The position numbers and the translations under genes were made by a program. The notes beneath the pieces are model-generated. The model saw only the letters and a program-made list of their open reading frames with translations, made no database searches and was not told the origin of the DNA. A DNA stretch of 64,000 nucleotides, taken from assembly GCA_963676565.1 (NCBI GenBank), contig OY781089.1:2848001-2912000 (forward strand), read 5' to 3'. Position 1 is the first letter of the stretch; each line of letters starts with the position of its first letter. This DNA comes from Halarcobacter sp. GTDB lineage: Bacteria; Campylobacterota; Campylobacteria; Campylobacterales; Arcobacteraceae. Below, piece by piece: positions 9,937 through 19,162 of the stretch.

Positions 9937-11033
9937 TTCATAATCTCACTTATATCATCTATTGCAACTTTCCAAGATGGGATTAAAATAAATGCAAGAT
10001 AAGGAATGACAGTAAACATAAACATCAAAATCAACATTCTAATATCTACTACAGGAGTAAAGCTTAAATTTTCCATTCCATTTGCTATAAAAATAGTTTT
10101 TAAAAGTGGGGCATCTAAAATAAATACAAAAAAGTATGAGATAAAAACACCCATTAAAAAAGCAAAAATTGAAACTACACTATTTTGAATAAATTTCAAT
10201 AAAATAATATCTTTAATAGAAAAACCAATACTTCTTAAAATTGCAATATCTTTTTTTCTATCTCCAAAAATAGCTGAAACTTGGTTTTTAAGTAAAATAA
10301 AAAATGAAAGCATAGAAACAATATATACAATCATAAAAATTCCACCTTTATAATAAAAAATATGGCGTAAATCTGATTCTAATATTGCCCTTGGTATTAC
10401 CTCTGTGTAAGGAAATATATCCATTACTTTTCTTGTGATAAAATCAATCTCATTTTCATTTGGTACATAAATTGTTAAGTAAGAGTATTCATTTTCATCT
10501 AACTCTAAAATCTCTCTTGCTACATAACTGTTTACAAAAACTGTATTAAATGAAAGGATATTTGTAGATATAGTTTTATCTATGTTTTTTGTAATTTTCC
10601 CATTTTGTGTTAAAAAATTAAACTCATTAATATATTTATACTTTTTAAATAAATCTTTTAAATCTTCACTTATAACTAACGTATCATCATCTAAGCTATC
10701 ATCTGAAATTATATGAATATATCTTTCAGCTTGGGCAAATCTATAATATCCATCAACTTTCCCAAATACATTTTCAACACCATTTAACTGTATAATCTCA
10801 TCAATGTGTTTTTCGTATAAAGGATAAAACCTTCCTGCTCTTTTGTTTTTAACTATAATTTGATCTTTAATGCCAATTGTCGATAATAAATCATATTTAA
10901 TAGAATCGGAAATAAAAAGAACAGAACTTAATATAACAACAATAAATGTGAATATAAAAAATGAAAAAAAATATTCAGTTTTATCTTTTAGTAAAAGTTT
11001 TACTGAATAGTCAATGAAATTTTTATTTAACAT
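9933..11033 (-). CDS. ABC transporter permease (FtsX/MacB-like)
   Basis: RKKDIAILRSIG permease motif; ATG 11033 preferred over the GTG at 11054. Confidence 0.85.
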   Translation of the reverse strand: MLNKNFIDYSVKLLLKDKTEYFFSFFIFTFIVVILSSVLFISDSIKYDLLSTIGIKDQIIVKNKRAGRFYPLYEKHIDEIIQLNGVENVFGKVDGYYRFAQAERYIHIISDDSLDDDTLVISEDLKDLFKKYKYINEFNFLTQNGKITKNIDKTISTNILSFNTVFVNSYVAREILELDENEYSYLTIYVPNENEIDFITRKVMDIFPYTEVIPRAILESDLRHIFYYKGGIFMIVYIVSMLSFFILLKNQVSAIFGDRKKDIAILRSIGFSIKDIILLKFIQNSVVSIFAFLMGVFISYFFVFILDAPLLKTIFIANGMENLSFTPVVDIRMLILMFMFTVIPYLAFILIPSWKVAIDDISEIMK

Positions 11034-11208
11034 ATACAAACTCTTTATAATCACTAGATTTAAAACTAAATGAAGGTTTTATATAAGTTTTTGAAGAGAT
11101 TACTCTTAATTCATCTTCTCTTTTTTTGAAATCAAAACTAAAAAAGTTCCACAAAACAAATAACAATAAAATGAAAGAAACTAAACATAATTTAATTATA
11201 AAACTCAT
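11023..11208 (-). CDS. Small membrane-anchored hypothetical protein
   Basis: Overlaps both neighbours in operon fashion; N-terminal hydrophobic helix. Confidence 0.55.
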   Translation of the reverse strand: MSFIIKLCLVSFILLLFVLWNFFSFDFKKREDELRVISSKTYIKPSFSFKSSDYKEFVYVK

Positions 11209-12257
11209 TTCAAATAAATCAAAACCTCATCAGTCAATTGACTAAAAAGCATCACTTTTTTGCCAAAGTGGTCATTTTTAAAATTGTATGCTGCTTCATC
11301 TGACTCAAAAGCAACTAATTCTTTTCCCATAGGTCCATAAACATCTGAACCCACAACAAAATAGGCTTTTCTAGCATCAACTTTTTTTGTTGTAAAATAA
11401 TCTGTTACATAAATATTTTTAAACTCTTTATTACTCTTAAAAATAAATTTGAGCATATCTTTTACACCATCAAAATAATATTTTTTATTTCCTTCTTCAA
11501 TCATTGATACCCATTTTGGGTGATTTTTTACAAACATTCCACAAATTGGACATCTTGCATCATCAGGTACTTTGATTGATTTTATTTTTCTCATACTTTT
11601 ATTAAGTTTCTCAACATCCCATAGATAAGTGGTTATCATTTGTAATTCTTTATCTCTTTTAACTTTACACTCATCTTTTAAAGTTGCTTTTAATACTGAA
11701 ATAGAATCGAAATTTTGAATATCTAAATTTTTACATTTAGACTTATAAAGATTCTTTCCTCTTTTATAAATCTTTTTTTCTTTTTTCTTTCTAATTGAAT
11801 TTATATCTTTATTATAATCATTTAAAGCGACTGCATATGCTGTTTCAAAGTCAACTAAATCTCCACCATTTATTTGAATGAAATCTAATGCATCTTCTCT
11901 ATTTTTAAATGCATACTTACTATTACTTGACATTGTCCCAGGAACTTTACTACCTAAAACATAAAATGCATTATTTGCATCAATAAACTTTAAACTTTTT
12001 ACATCTACAACTTTTACATTTTGAGGCATTTTATTTCCTACAACAGCGTATAAACTGTACATTGAACAGTATTGTTTACCTTTGTAAATATGGTTAGTTT
12101 TATAATATTTTTTTAAATCCATCGCACAATAATCACAATACTCATTACCTTTGCCATTATTTATAATAGTTGCATTTTTCTCATCTACACTTTGAAACAT
12201 TTTTCCTAAAGAAAAAGAAAAGAATATAAAAAATAGTAAAAATATGATTTTTCTCAT
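11205..12257 (-). CDS. Two-domain NosL-family metal-binding protein
   Basis: Two NosL repeats: CDYCAM...GSKVPGTM and CPICGM...YFDGVKDM...GSDVYGPMG. Confidence 0.85.
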   Translation of the reverse strand: MRKIIFLLFFIFFSFSLGKMFQSVDEKNATIINNGKGNEYCDYCAMDLKKYYKTNHIYKGKQYCSMYSLYAVVGNKMPQNVKVVDVKSLKFIDANNAFYVLGSKVPGTMSSNSKYAFKNREDALDFIQINGGDLVDFETAYAVALNDYNKDINSIRKKKEKKIYKRGKNLYKSKCKNLDIQNFDSISVLKATLKDECKVKRDKELQMITTYLWDVEKLNKSMRKIKSIKVPDDARCPICGMFVKNHPKWVSMIEEGNKKYYFDGVKDMLKFIFKSNKEFKNIYVTDYFTTKKVDARKAYFVVGSDVYGPMGKELVAFESDEAAYNFKNDHFGKKVMLFSQLTDEVLIYLK

Positions 12258-12268
12258 TATGATGCCTT

Positions 12269-13108
12269 TTATTTATGATAATTTTTTAACATCTCATAAT
12301 TTGAACAAGCTACTTTCAAACCTTTATCACACGATTTTTTAAAAAGTTCTTCTGCTTTTTTAAAATCTTGGCTTATCCCTACTCCATTTAAAATTAATAC
12401 TGCTTGATTATTGCAACCCTTAACTCCATCTTTACTTTTACATGCTTTATCATATAACTCAAATGCTTTTTTAAAATCTACTTTTGTTCCAAAACCATTT
12501 TCATACATATGTCCTAAATTTTCACAAGCTAAGGTAACTCCTGCCTTACATGATTTTTCATATAAGCCTATGGTTTTTTTATAATCTTTTTTTACACCTT
12601 TTCCTTCAAAATGCATAAATGCTAAATTATTACATCCCATCTCATCAAAACTTGCACAAGATTTTTCATAAAATTTAAATGCTTTTTTTGTATCTTGTTT
12701 TACACCATCACCTAAATCATATAATCTTCCAAGGTTATTACATGCTGCTCCATCATTGTCATCGCAAGCTTTTTCATATAAAACACTTGCTTTTAGAATA
12801 TCTTTTTTTACACCTTTTCCATTTGCATATATTACACCTAAGTTATAACATGCTGATGTAAAATCTCCTTCACATGCTTTTTCATAATATGTAATTGCTT
12901 TTTTTACATCTTTTTTAATTCCCTTTGACCCCATATATAAAACACCCATGTTATAACAAGCTGATGATTTTCCATCTTTACAAGCTTCTTCATAGATATT
13001 TGCAACTTTTTTATGATCACCTTTTTTATGTGCATCAACACTTTCTTTTATATATCCAGCATCCAAAAAACTAATTAGTAATACAATTAAAATCAAATAC
13101 TTTTTCAT
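12269..13108 (-). CDS. Secreted Cys-rich Sel1-repeat protein (Hcp-like)
   Basis: Repeats of YEKAC...ACYNLG.LY..G.GVK.D. Confidence 0.9.
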   Translation of the reverse strand: MKKYLILIVLLISFLDAGYIKESVDAHKKGDHKKVANIYEEACKDGKSSACYNMGVLYMGSKGIKKDVKKAITYYEKACEGDFTSACYNLGVIYANGKGVKKDILKASVLYEKACDDNDGAACNNLGRLYDLGDGVKQDTKKAFKFYEKSCASFDEMGCNNLAFMHFEGKGVKKDYKKTIGLYEKSCKAGVTLACENLGHMYENGFGTKVDFKKAFELYDKACKSKDGVKGCNNQAVLILNGVGISQDFKKAEELFKKSCDKGLKVACSNYEMLKNYHK

Positions 13109-13118
13109 AATCTAACCT

Positions 13119-13955
13119 TTAAAATCCCATGTCTGTTAACATTGTGTATTCTAAGCAACATGAATTATCTCCCATATCGCAACCTTTTCCATAAACTTGT
13201 TTTGCAAAGGTATAATTTTGCCCCACACCTCTTCCTGTTGAATATAAAACTCCAAGTTTATAACACATGATACTGTCTCCATTTTCACACCCAATTTTAA
13301 ATGAAGAAAAGAGTTTCTGATAATTTTTTGGATCTTCAAAGGCGATTTGTTTAATATAAATATCAACTAATCTAAAACATGCTTGAGTATCACCTTTATT
13401 GCAACCTGTTTTATACCAGGTTATTGCATTTTCTTTATCATCATTTTTAAAATATATATTCCCTACTTTATAACATCCTAGAACTGCATCTTTTTGGCAA
13501 GCGAGTTTATACATTTTCATACTTCTAATATCATTATCTTTACTATTTAATTGATATTGATACATAGTTCCTAAATTGTAACAAGCAAGATTAAACCCTT
13601 TTTCACAAGATTTTTTATAGTAATTTTCTGCTGTTTTAAAATCTGGTTTTACATCTATAATTCCACCTTTGTCATAACAAACGCCTACTTTAAAACAACC
13701 TCTAGCATTACCTAAAGAGCACGATTTATCATAAAGTTCATAGGCTTTTTTAAAATTTTGTTTTACACTTTGTTTATTTTCATACATAAATCCAAGTCTA
13801 TAACATCCCTCTTGAATATTGTTTTTACACTCTTGTTCATATATTTTAAAAGCTTCTTTGAAATTTCCTTTTGAATATAGTTTATTAGCATTTTCAATGC
13901 CATTTGCATATAAAAATAAACTTCCTAATAAAACTAAAAATATTAACTTTTTCAT
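13119..13955 (-). CDS. Secreted Cys-rich Sel1-repeat protein (Hcp-like)
   Basis: Same repeat pattern; signal peptide. Confidence 0.9.
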   Translation of the reverse strand: MKKLIFLVLLGSLFLYANGIENANKLYSKGNFKEAFKIYEQECKNNIQEGCYRLGFMYENKQSVKQNFKKAYELYDKSCSLGNARGCFKVGVCYDKGGIIDVKPDFKTAENYYKKSCEKGFNLACYNLGTMYQYQLNSKDNDIRSMKMYKLACQKDAVLGCYKVGNIYFKNDDKENAITWYKTGCNKGDTQACFRLVDIYIKQIAFEDPKNYQKLFSSFKIGCENGDSIMCYKLGVLYSTGRGVGQNYTFAKQVYGKGCDMGDNSCCLEYTMLTDMGF

Positions 13956-13968
13956 AAATCTCTCCTAG

Positions 13969-16644
13969 TTATTTAACCACTTTAATATCTCTACCTCTGT
14001 AGGCAAATGCGCTTATTACTAAAACCATAACTATTGAGTAATAAACAAAATCTGGCAAAGGTACTTTATCTCCTGATGCATATGAATGCATCCCTGATAA
14101 ATAAAAATTAACTCCAAAATATGTCATAATTATTGATGAAAATGACACTAGTGAAGCAACTAAAAAAACATAAACACTATTTAGTTTTGGTATAAATCTA
14201 AGGTGTAAGACAATAGTATAAACAACTATTGAGATAAAAGACCAAGTTTCTTTTGGATCCCATCCCCAATATCTACCCCAAGATTCATTTGCCCAAACAC
14301 CACCTACAAAATTTCCAACTGTTAACATAGATAGTCCAATAATTAAACTTATTTCTGTAATAGCTACTAATTGTCTAACTTGTAAATCAATTCTTTGTTT
14401 ATTTGAAGCATTTTTAAAAATCATCAAAATTAAAGATATAAAAGATAATAATGCCCCAAGAGCCAAAAATCCATAACTTGCAGTAATAACTGATACATGA
14501 ATACTTAACCAATAAGATTTTAAAACAGGAACTAGAGGAGTAATTTGTGGACTAATAAAATTCAAATGGGCAACTAACATAATAATCCCACCTAAAATTG
14601 AAGCAGAAGCTAGAGCAAGCAATGATTTTCTAAACACAACTAATCCTGCTAAGATTGCAGACCAACCAGCATAAATCAGTGATTCATATGTATCACTCCA
14701 AGGAGCGTGTCCTGATATGTACCATCTCATACCAAGTCCTGAACTATGAGCTATAAAACCTAATAATAAAGCAATAAAAAATACTATTTTTAATTTTTTA
14801 AACTCTTTCTTGTAAAAAATTGAGATAATTGCAAATATTAAAATTATAAATCCTAAAGAGAAATAAAAGTTAATTAGGTTTTGAAATATTTTCAGATTAT
14901 TAAATAAAACCTCTATTCTTGTTTGATTAACGCTTGGTAAAATATCGTTTGATACTTTTCTTTGATAAGCTTGTATTTTTTCTAAAGCTTGATTTGCATT
15001 TGTCCAATCATTACTATTTAAACCTAATGACAAACCATTAAAGTACATATAAATAGCTTCATTTATATCTCTATCTAACCATGCCATTGATACAGCTTTA
15101 TGTGGTTCGTGCCATAATTTATCTAAATCATGTGGGTTTGGAATAAATTTATAAAACATTCCAATAGTTGATAAATAAAAAATATTTAATCTTTCATCCA
15201 ATTTTATTAAGTCTTTATCAAAAGTACCCCTTTTTGAAGGCATTTTTTCATTAGCAAGATTTATTTGTTTATTTAGTTTATATGTGCCATCTGTATCAAA
15301 AACTTGTGAAAAAGAGATATATTTACTATCTTCCTTTACACCTAGTATTTTTTTAATCTCTTTGTTTTTAATTTTTATTAATTTAACCTCTTCCCAAAGA
15401 TTTGGTTCTGCAAAAATTCCTAACATAATTTGAGTAGCACTTAAACCATACATTGAAGATTTATTTGAGATTTTATGTAAAATATCAACAGCTTGTGTAC
15501 CCATTGGTTTTATTCTTCCATTATAATCTTGAACATATAACATTGCAAACTCTTTTACATGCTCTAAAGAATTAACTCTAACTTTTTCTAGATATTCATT
15601 TGTGTCTGCTTTTAAATGTATATTTGCAATAAATATTAGAGGTAAGATAAGTGATAAATTATTTTTATTTAAAAATATTTTAAGTCTTTCAAATCTACTT
15701 CCTTTTGTAAAGAAATTCAATATAAATCCTAAAGATAATAGAAAATAGGCAAAATAAGTTGGCCATTTCCCTGGGTCATTATTCACTGATAATACTGTAC
15801 CTCTTTCATCTCTATCATAAGAAGATTGAAAAAACTTAAAGCCATTATATGATAAAGGATGATTCATAAATATTTTGTAATCAATCGATTTATTTTCATC
15901 ATTTAATACAACTTTACTTGTATATGATGAAGGACTTTGAGAACCAGGATATCTTTCAATTTGAAAATCAAATAAGTATATATTAAATGGTAGCTCAATT
16001 ATTTTAGACCCCCATGAAATAGCTATTTCGACATCATTGATTTTTATATTTGATGGTGGTTCAATACTTCCATGTCCACCTAAAATCTCAACTTCTTGTT
16101 TTTTGCCATCAAACTCAATATTTACAAGAAGTTTTTCTACATTTGTTTCTTTATTATAAGTAAAATCTTTATACTCAACTACAAAGTTTCTACCTTTCAT
16201 TTCGTGTATATATTTAAAATAATTGTTACCAATTTTTCCCAAAGCTAATAGGTGCTCAAAGTTTTCATTTTGTGTTTTAATTTGAAGATATGATTCTTCA
16301 GAGATAACTCTATTTTCACTCATACCTTCTCTAATATGGATAACGCCTTCATAGCCAAAATACCTAGTAACTCCTGCACCAAGTAATACAACAACAAAAC
16401 CTAAATGAAAAACAAAAGCACCCATTTTTCTATACATTCTACTTTTGATTATTATACCTATTAAAGATATACATAGTGAAATCATAACAGCTTCATACCA
16501 AACTGAATTATAAACCACTACCTTTGCAGTTTGTGCATCATAATCATTTTCTATAAAAGTTGCAACAGCAGAAGCTACTGCTAAAACAAATAACATGAAA
16601 ATCACAAAATAATATGACAAAAACAACTTACTAAAATAACGCAT
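13969..16644 (-). CDS. ccsA1: Cytochrome c synthase CcsBA fusion dedicated to MccA
   Basis: ResB-like N-terminal part plus WWD motif GGVWANESWGRYWGWDPKETW; located in the mcc cluster. Confidence 0.9.
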   Translation of the reverse strand: MRYFSKLFLSYYFVIFMLFVLAVASAVATFIENDYDAQTAKVVVYNSVWYEAVMISLCISLIGIIIKSRMYRKMGAFVFHLGFVVVLLGAGVTRYFGYEGVIHIREGMSENRVISEESYLQIKTQNENFEHLLALGKIGNNYFKYIHEMKGRNFVVEYKDFTYNKETNVEKLLVNIEFDGKKQEVEILGGHGSIEPPSNIKINDVEIAISWGSKIIELPFNIYLFDFQIERYPGSQSPSSYTSKVVLNDENKSIDYKIFMNHPLSYNGFKFFQSSYDRDERGTVLSVNNDPGKWPTYFAYFLLSLGFILNFFTKGSRFERLKIFLNKNNLSLILPLIFIANIHLKADTNEYLEKVRVNSLEHVKEFAMLYVQDYNGRIKPMGTQAVDILHKISNKSSMYGLSATQIMLGIFAEPNLWEEVKLIKIKNKEIKKILGVKEDSKYISFSQVFDTDGTYKLNKQINLANEKMPSKRGTFDKDLIKLDERLNIFYLSTIGMFYKFIPNPHDLDKLWHEPHKAVSMAWLDRDINEAIYMYFNGLSLGLNSNDWTNANQALEKIQAYQRKVSNDILPSVNQTRIEVLFNNLKIFQNLINFYFSLGFIILIFAIISIFYKKEFKKLKIVFFIALLLGFIAHSSGLGMRWYISGHAPWSDTYESLIYAGWSAILAGLVVFRKSLLALASASILGGIIMLVAHLNFISPQITPLVPVLKSYWLSIHVSVITASYGFLALGALLSFISLILMIFKNASNKQRIDLQVRQLVAITEISLIIGLSMLTVGNFVGGVWANESWGRYWGWDPKETWSFISIVVYTIVLHLRFIPKLNSVYVFLVASLVSFSSIIMTYFGVNFYLSGMHSYASGDKVPLPDFVYYSIVMVLVISAFAYRGRDIKVVK

Positions 16645-16668
16645 AATAATCCTTTTTGTAATTAAATA

Positions 16669-17610
16669 TTACAAACCAAATATTTGTCCTGCATAAACGA
16701 TAAAAAGTCTTAAAAATAATACCCCTACAATACTACATAATGCAGATATATATAAGACACTCATAGAGTGTGCAACTTTTTTACCCAATGCAAAATTTAA
16801 TATAATTGGTATAATAAATCCAATACCAACAATCCCATACCAAAAAACACTTGACCACGTACCTTCATAAAAACTATTAATTGCAATTTTTCCTGCTTCA
16901 TTACCAGTTAATAAAGAAACAAATAACATGACTAAAAATAGGACCTCAGCAGTCATAATTGGCCATTCAACTTTATGTAAAACTTTCATATCCCCTGAAT
17001 GGACATCTGCTTTAAATAAACTTCTTGATACTAAAAACAATGCAGCTGTTCCAGCTGATAATCCAGATACAACAAAAAGTGCAGGTAAAATCGAAGTATT
17101 TAATAATGGAAATCTAACTAATACTGAGATTAAAAAACCTGTATATGCACAAACTACTATTGCAAATAAAAACAATCCGCCTTCAACTAGAAATCTAGCT
17201 TTGTTTAAAAGATTTATTATTGGTGTTGTAAATGGTAATTTTTTTTTAAAAAAATCCTCAAAAGCATAAACAACCGCAATACATGTTAAAGGAATATAAA
17301 CCATTAAGGCAGCCACACCTATTGACATAACTGATGTCCAGTTATAATTAATCAAAATCTGCCAAAATAAAAGTGGTCTTGTTAAGTCAGCAACTAAACA
17401 AACCATACCAAGCATAATTGTTCCACATGAGACTAAAGCAGCTGCTTTATAAACAGCAGTATTTTCCCTCTGATTTTTATAAAATCTTATAGCCAATGCA
17501 ACAATTAATGCTCCACCTGAAACTCCTGCTAAAAGAAGATAAACTGAAATTGGCCAATGCCAGCCTATCTCTGTTGAAAAACCTGAACTGTAAGTTACTA
17601 ATTCATTCAT
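16669..17610 (-). CDS. mccD: NrfD/PsrC-family quinol dehydrogenase membrane subunit
   Basis: WHWPISVYLLLAG, DLTRP, SVMSIG, YTGFL and LRLFIVYAGQ motifs. Confidence 0.9.
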   Translation of the reverse strand: MNELVTYSSGFSTEIGWHWPISVYLLLAGVSGGALIVALAIRFYKNQRENTAVYKAAALVSCGTIMLGMVCLVADLTRPLLFWQILINYNWTSVMSIGVAALMVYIPLTCIAVVYAFEDFFKKKLPFTTPIINLLNKARFLVEGGLFLFAIVVCAYTGFLISVLVRFPLLNTSILPALFVVSGLSAGTAALFLVSRSLFKADVHSGDMKVLHKVEWPIMTAEVLFLVMLFVSLLTGNEAGKIAINSFYEGTWSSVFWYGIVGIGFIIPIILNFALGKKVAHSMSVLYISALCSIVGVLFLRLFIVYAGQIFGL

Positions 17611-17611
17611 A

Positions 17612-18280
17612 TCAAACTCCTGTTTTTAGCATTGGGATATATCTTAGATTTGGTTGTGTTCCAAAACTAGGTTTTAACCTAACAGAATCTTTTACATTCA
17701 ATATTTTATTTATGTAAGAGTTTTTATCATTTAAATCACCAAATACTATTGCATCATATTTACAAGCTTCAACACAAGCAGGTTCTTTACCATCAGCTAA
17801 ATTTGTATTTTTGCAAAAATTACAATTTTCAGCTGCTTTAGTCTCACTATTTATAAATCTCACATCATAAGGACATGCCACAATACAATATTTACACCCG
17901 ATACATTTATCAACATTCATTGTTACAATATCTGTAATTGAATCTTTATAACATGCTGTAGTAGGACACACATTTACACAAGAGGCATCACTACATTGTT
18001 GGCAAGACACTCTCATATATTTTCTATCTAAAACATTATTTGGGTTTGTTTGATCCTCTACAAAAAGTCTATGTTGTCCCTTTGGAATAAGATTAACTTT
18101 TTCACAAGCAATCTCACAATCAGAACAACCTACACATTTATTTTGATCAAAAATCATCCCAAATTGAGGTTTGTTTGTTTGATCTTGACTTGCATTTAAT
18201 CCATATTGCAAGCCTCCAAGGAAAAGGGAACCTAAACCCATACCTTTTATAAAGGCTCTTCTATTTTTTTCCGTACTCAT
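17612..18280 (-). CDS. mccC: 4Fe-4S ferredoxin (NrfC family), Tat-exported
   Basis: NRRAFIK Tat signal; CVGCSDCEIAC, CQQC..CVNVCP, CIGCKYCIVACP and CNFC...PACVEAC motifs. Confidence 0.92.
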   Translation of the reverse strand: MSTEKNRRAFIKGMGLGSLFLGGLQYGLNASQDQTNKPQFGMIFDQNKCVGCSDCEIACEKVNLIPKGQHRLFVEDQTNPNNVLDRKYMRVSCQQCSDASCVNVCPTTACYKDSITDIVTMNVDKCIGCKYCIVACPYDVRFINSETKAAENCNFCKNTNLADGKEPACVEACKYDAIVFGDLNDKNSYINKILNVKDSVRLKPSFGTQPNLRYIPMLKTGV

Positions 18281-18305
18281 TTTACTATCCTATTAAATTT
18301 AAGTA

Positions 18306-19100
18306 TTAATGAGGAGCATTTGAAATATTTTTTTTAGTATCACTAAGTCCCATCATTTCGAATTTTTTCTTAGGTCTCATATCCCCTGGCTTCATAACTT
18401 TTACCATTTCTACATCAAATACTAAAGTTGAGTTAGGTGGAATATCTCTCATTTGAACATGTCCATAACCTAATTTACTTGGAATATAGATTTTATATTT
18501 AGCCCCAGGATTCATTAACATCAAGCCTTCTTTTAATCCATCAACAACATTTACCATTGATAAGTGTGCTGGTGCTTTTCTTTCATATGTATCATCAAAT
18601 ACATATCCATCAAGCAATGATGCTTTATAATTTATAATTACGACACTCTCAGGTTTTGCTTTCTCACCTGATCCAGCTTTGATAACCTCGTATTGTAATC
18701 CTGACTTAGTAACTTTTACACCTTTTTTAGCTTTATTCTTAGCAAGAAAATCTTTCTCTTTTTTTAAATTTTCAGCTTGTACTTTTTTAAATTTTGCCTC
18801 TTTTGCATCATTTAAAAAATTTGCTCTATTGTTTAAACTTGTGATAATATCTTCTTCATTTAGTTTTGTTTTCTCTTTTAAAGCATCTGCAAAACCTTCT
18901 AGAACTTTATCCATATCAATTTTTGCACCTAACTGTAATTGTCCATATATTTGATTACTTAAATATTGACCAGTTGATGCACCAATACTATATGACTCTT
19001 TTTCTAAATCAGTTTTAATATCACTAGAAATACCTTGAGATACACTTACTGCTAAAACTAAAGATACTATAAAATGTAACTTTTTCCCTACACTTCTCAT
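18306..19100 (-). CDS. mccB: FKBP-type peptidyl-prolyl isomerase
   Basis: SYSIG, TKSGLQYEV and IPPNSTLVFDVE motifs; true start likely ATG 19100 (AAGGA RBS). Confidence 0.9.
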   Translation of the reverse strand: MRSVGKKLHFIVSLVLAVSVSQGISSDIKTDLEKESYSIGASTGQYLSNQIYGQLQLGAKIDMDKVLEGFADALKEKTKLNEEDIITSLNNRANFLNDAKEAKFKKVQAENLKKEKDFLAKNKAKKGVKVTKSGLQYEVIKAGSGEKAKPESVVIINYKASLLDGYVFDDTYERKAPAHLSMVNVVDGLKEGLMLMNPGAKYKIYIPSKLGYGHVQMRDIPPNSTLVFDVEMVKVMKPGDMRPKKKFEMMGLSDTKKNISNAPH

Positions 19101-19118
19101 TTTCAAATCCTTCTTTAC

Positions 19119-19155
19119 AAGATAAGGATTACACAAAAGTGTAACCCTATATCTT
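19119..19155 (-). terminator. Hairpin between mccA and mccB (partial terminator or mRNA stabiliser)
   Basis: AGGGTTACAC-TTTT-GTGTAATCCT stem on the minus strand. Confidence 0.6.
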
Positions 19156-19162
19156 CTCATAT

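Noticed and set aside
12269..13955. Periodic DNA repeats suggesting an array
   Set aside because: Explained by Sel1 protein repeats. No CRISPR repeat-spacer array was seen anywhere in the window.
19101..19160. Longer start for mccB
   Set aside because: Runs through a hairpin and lacks an RBS; ATG 19100 has AAGGA.
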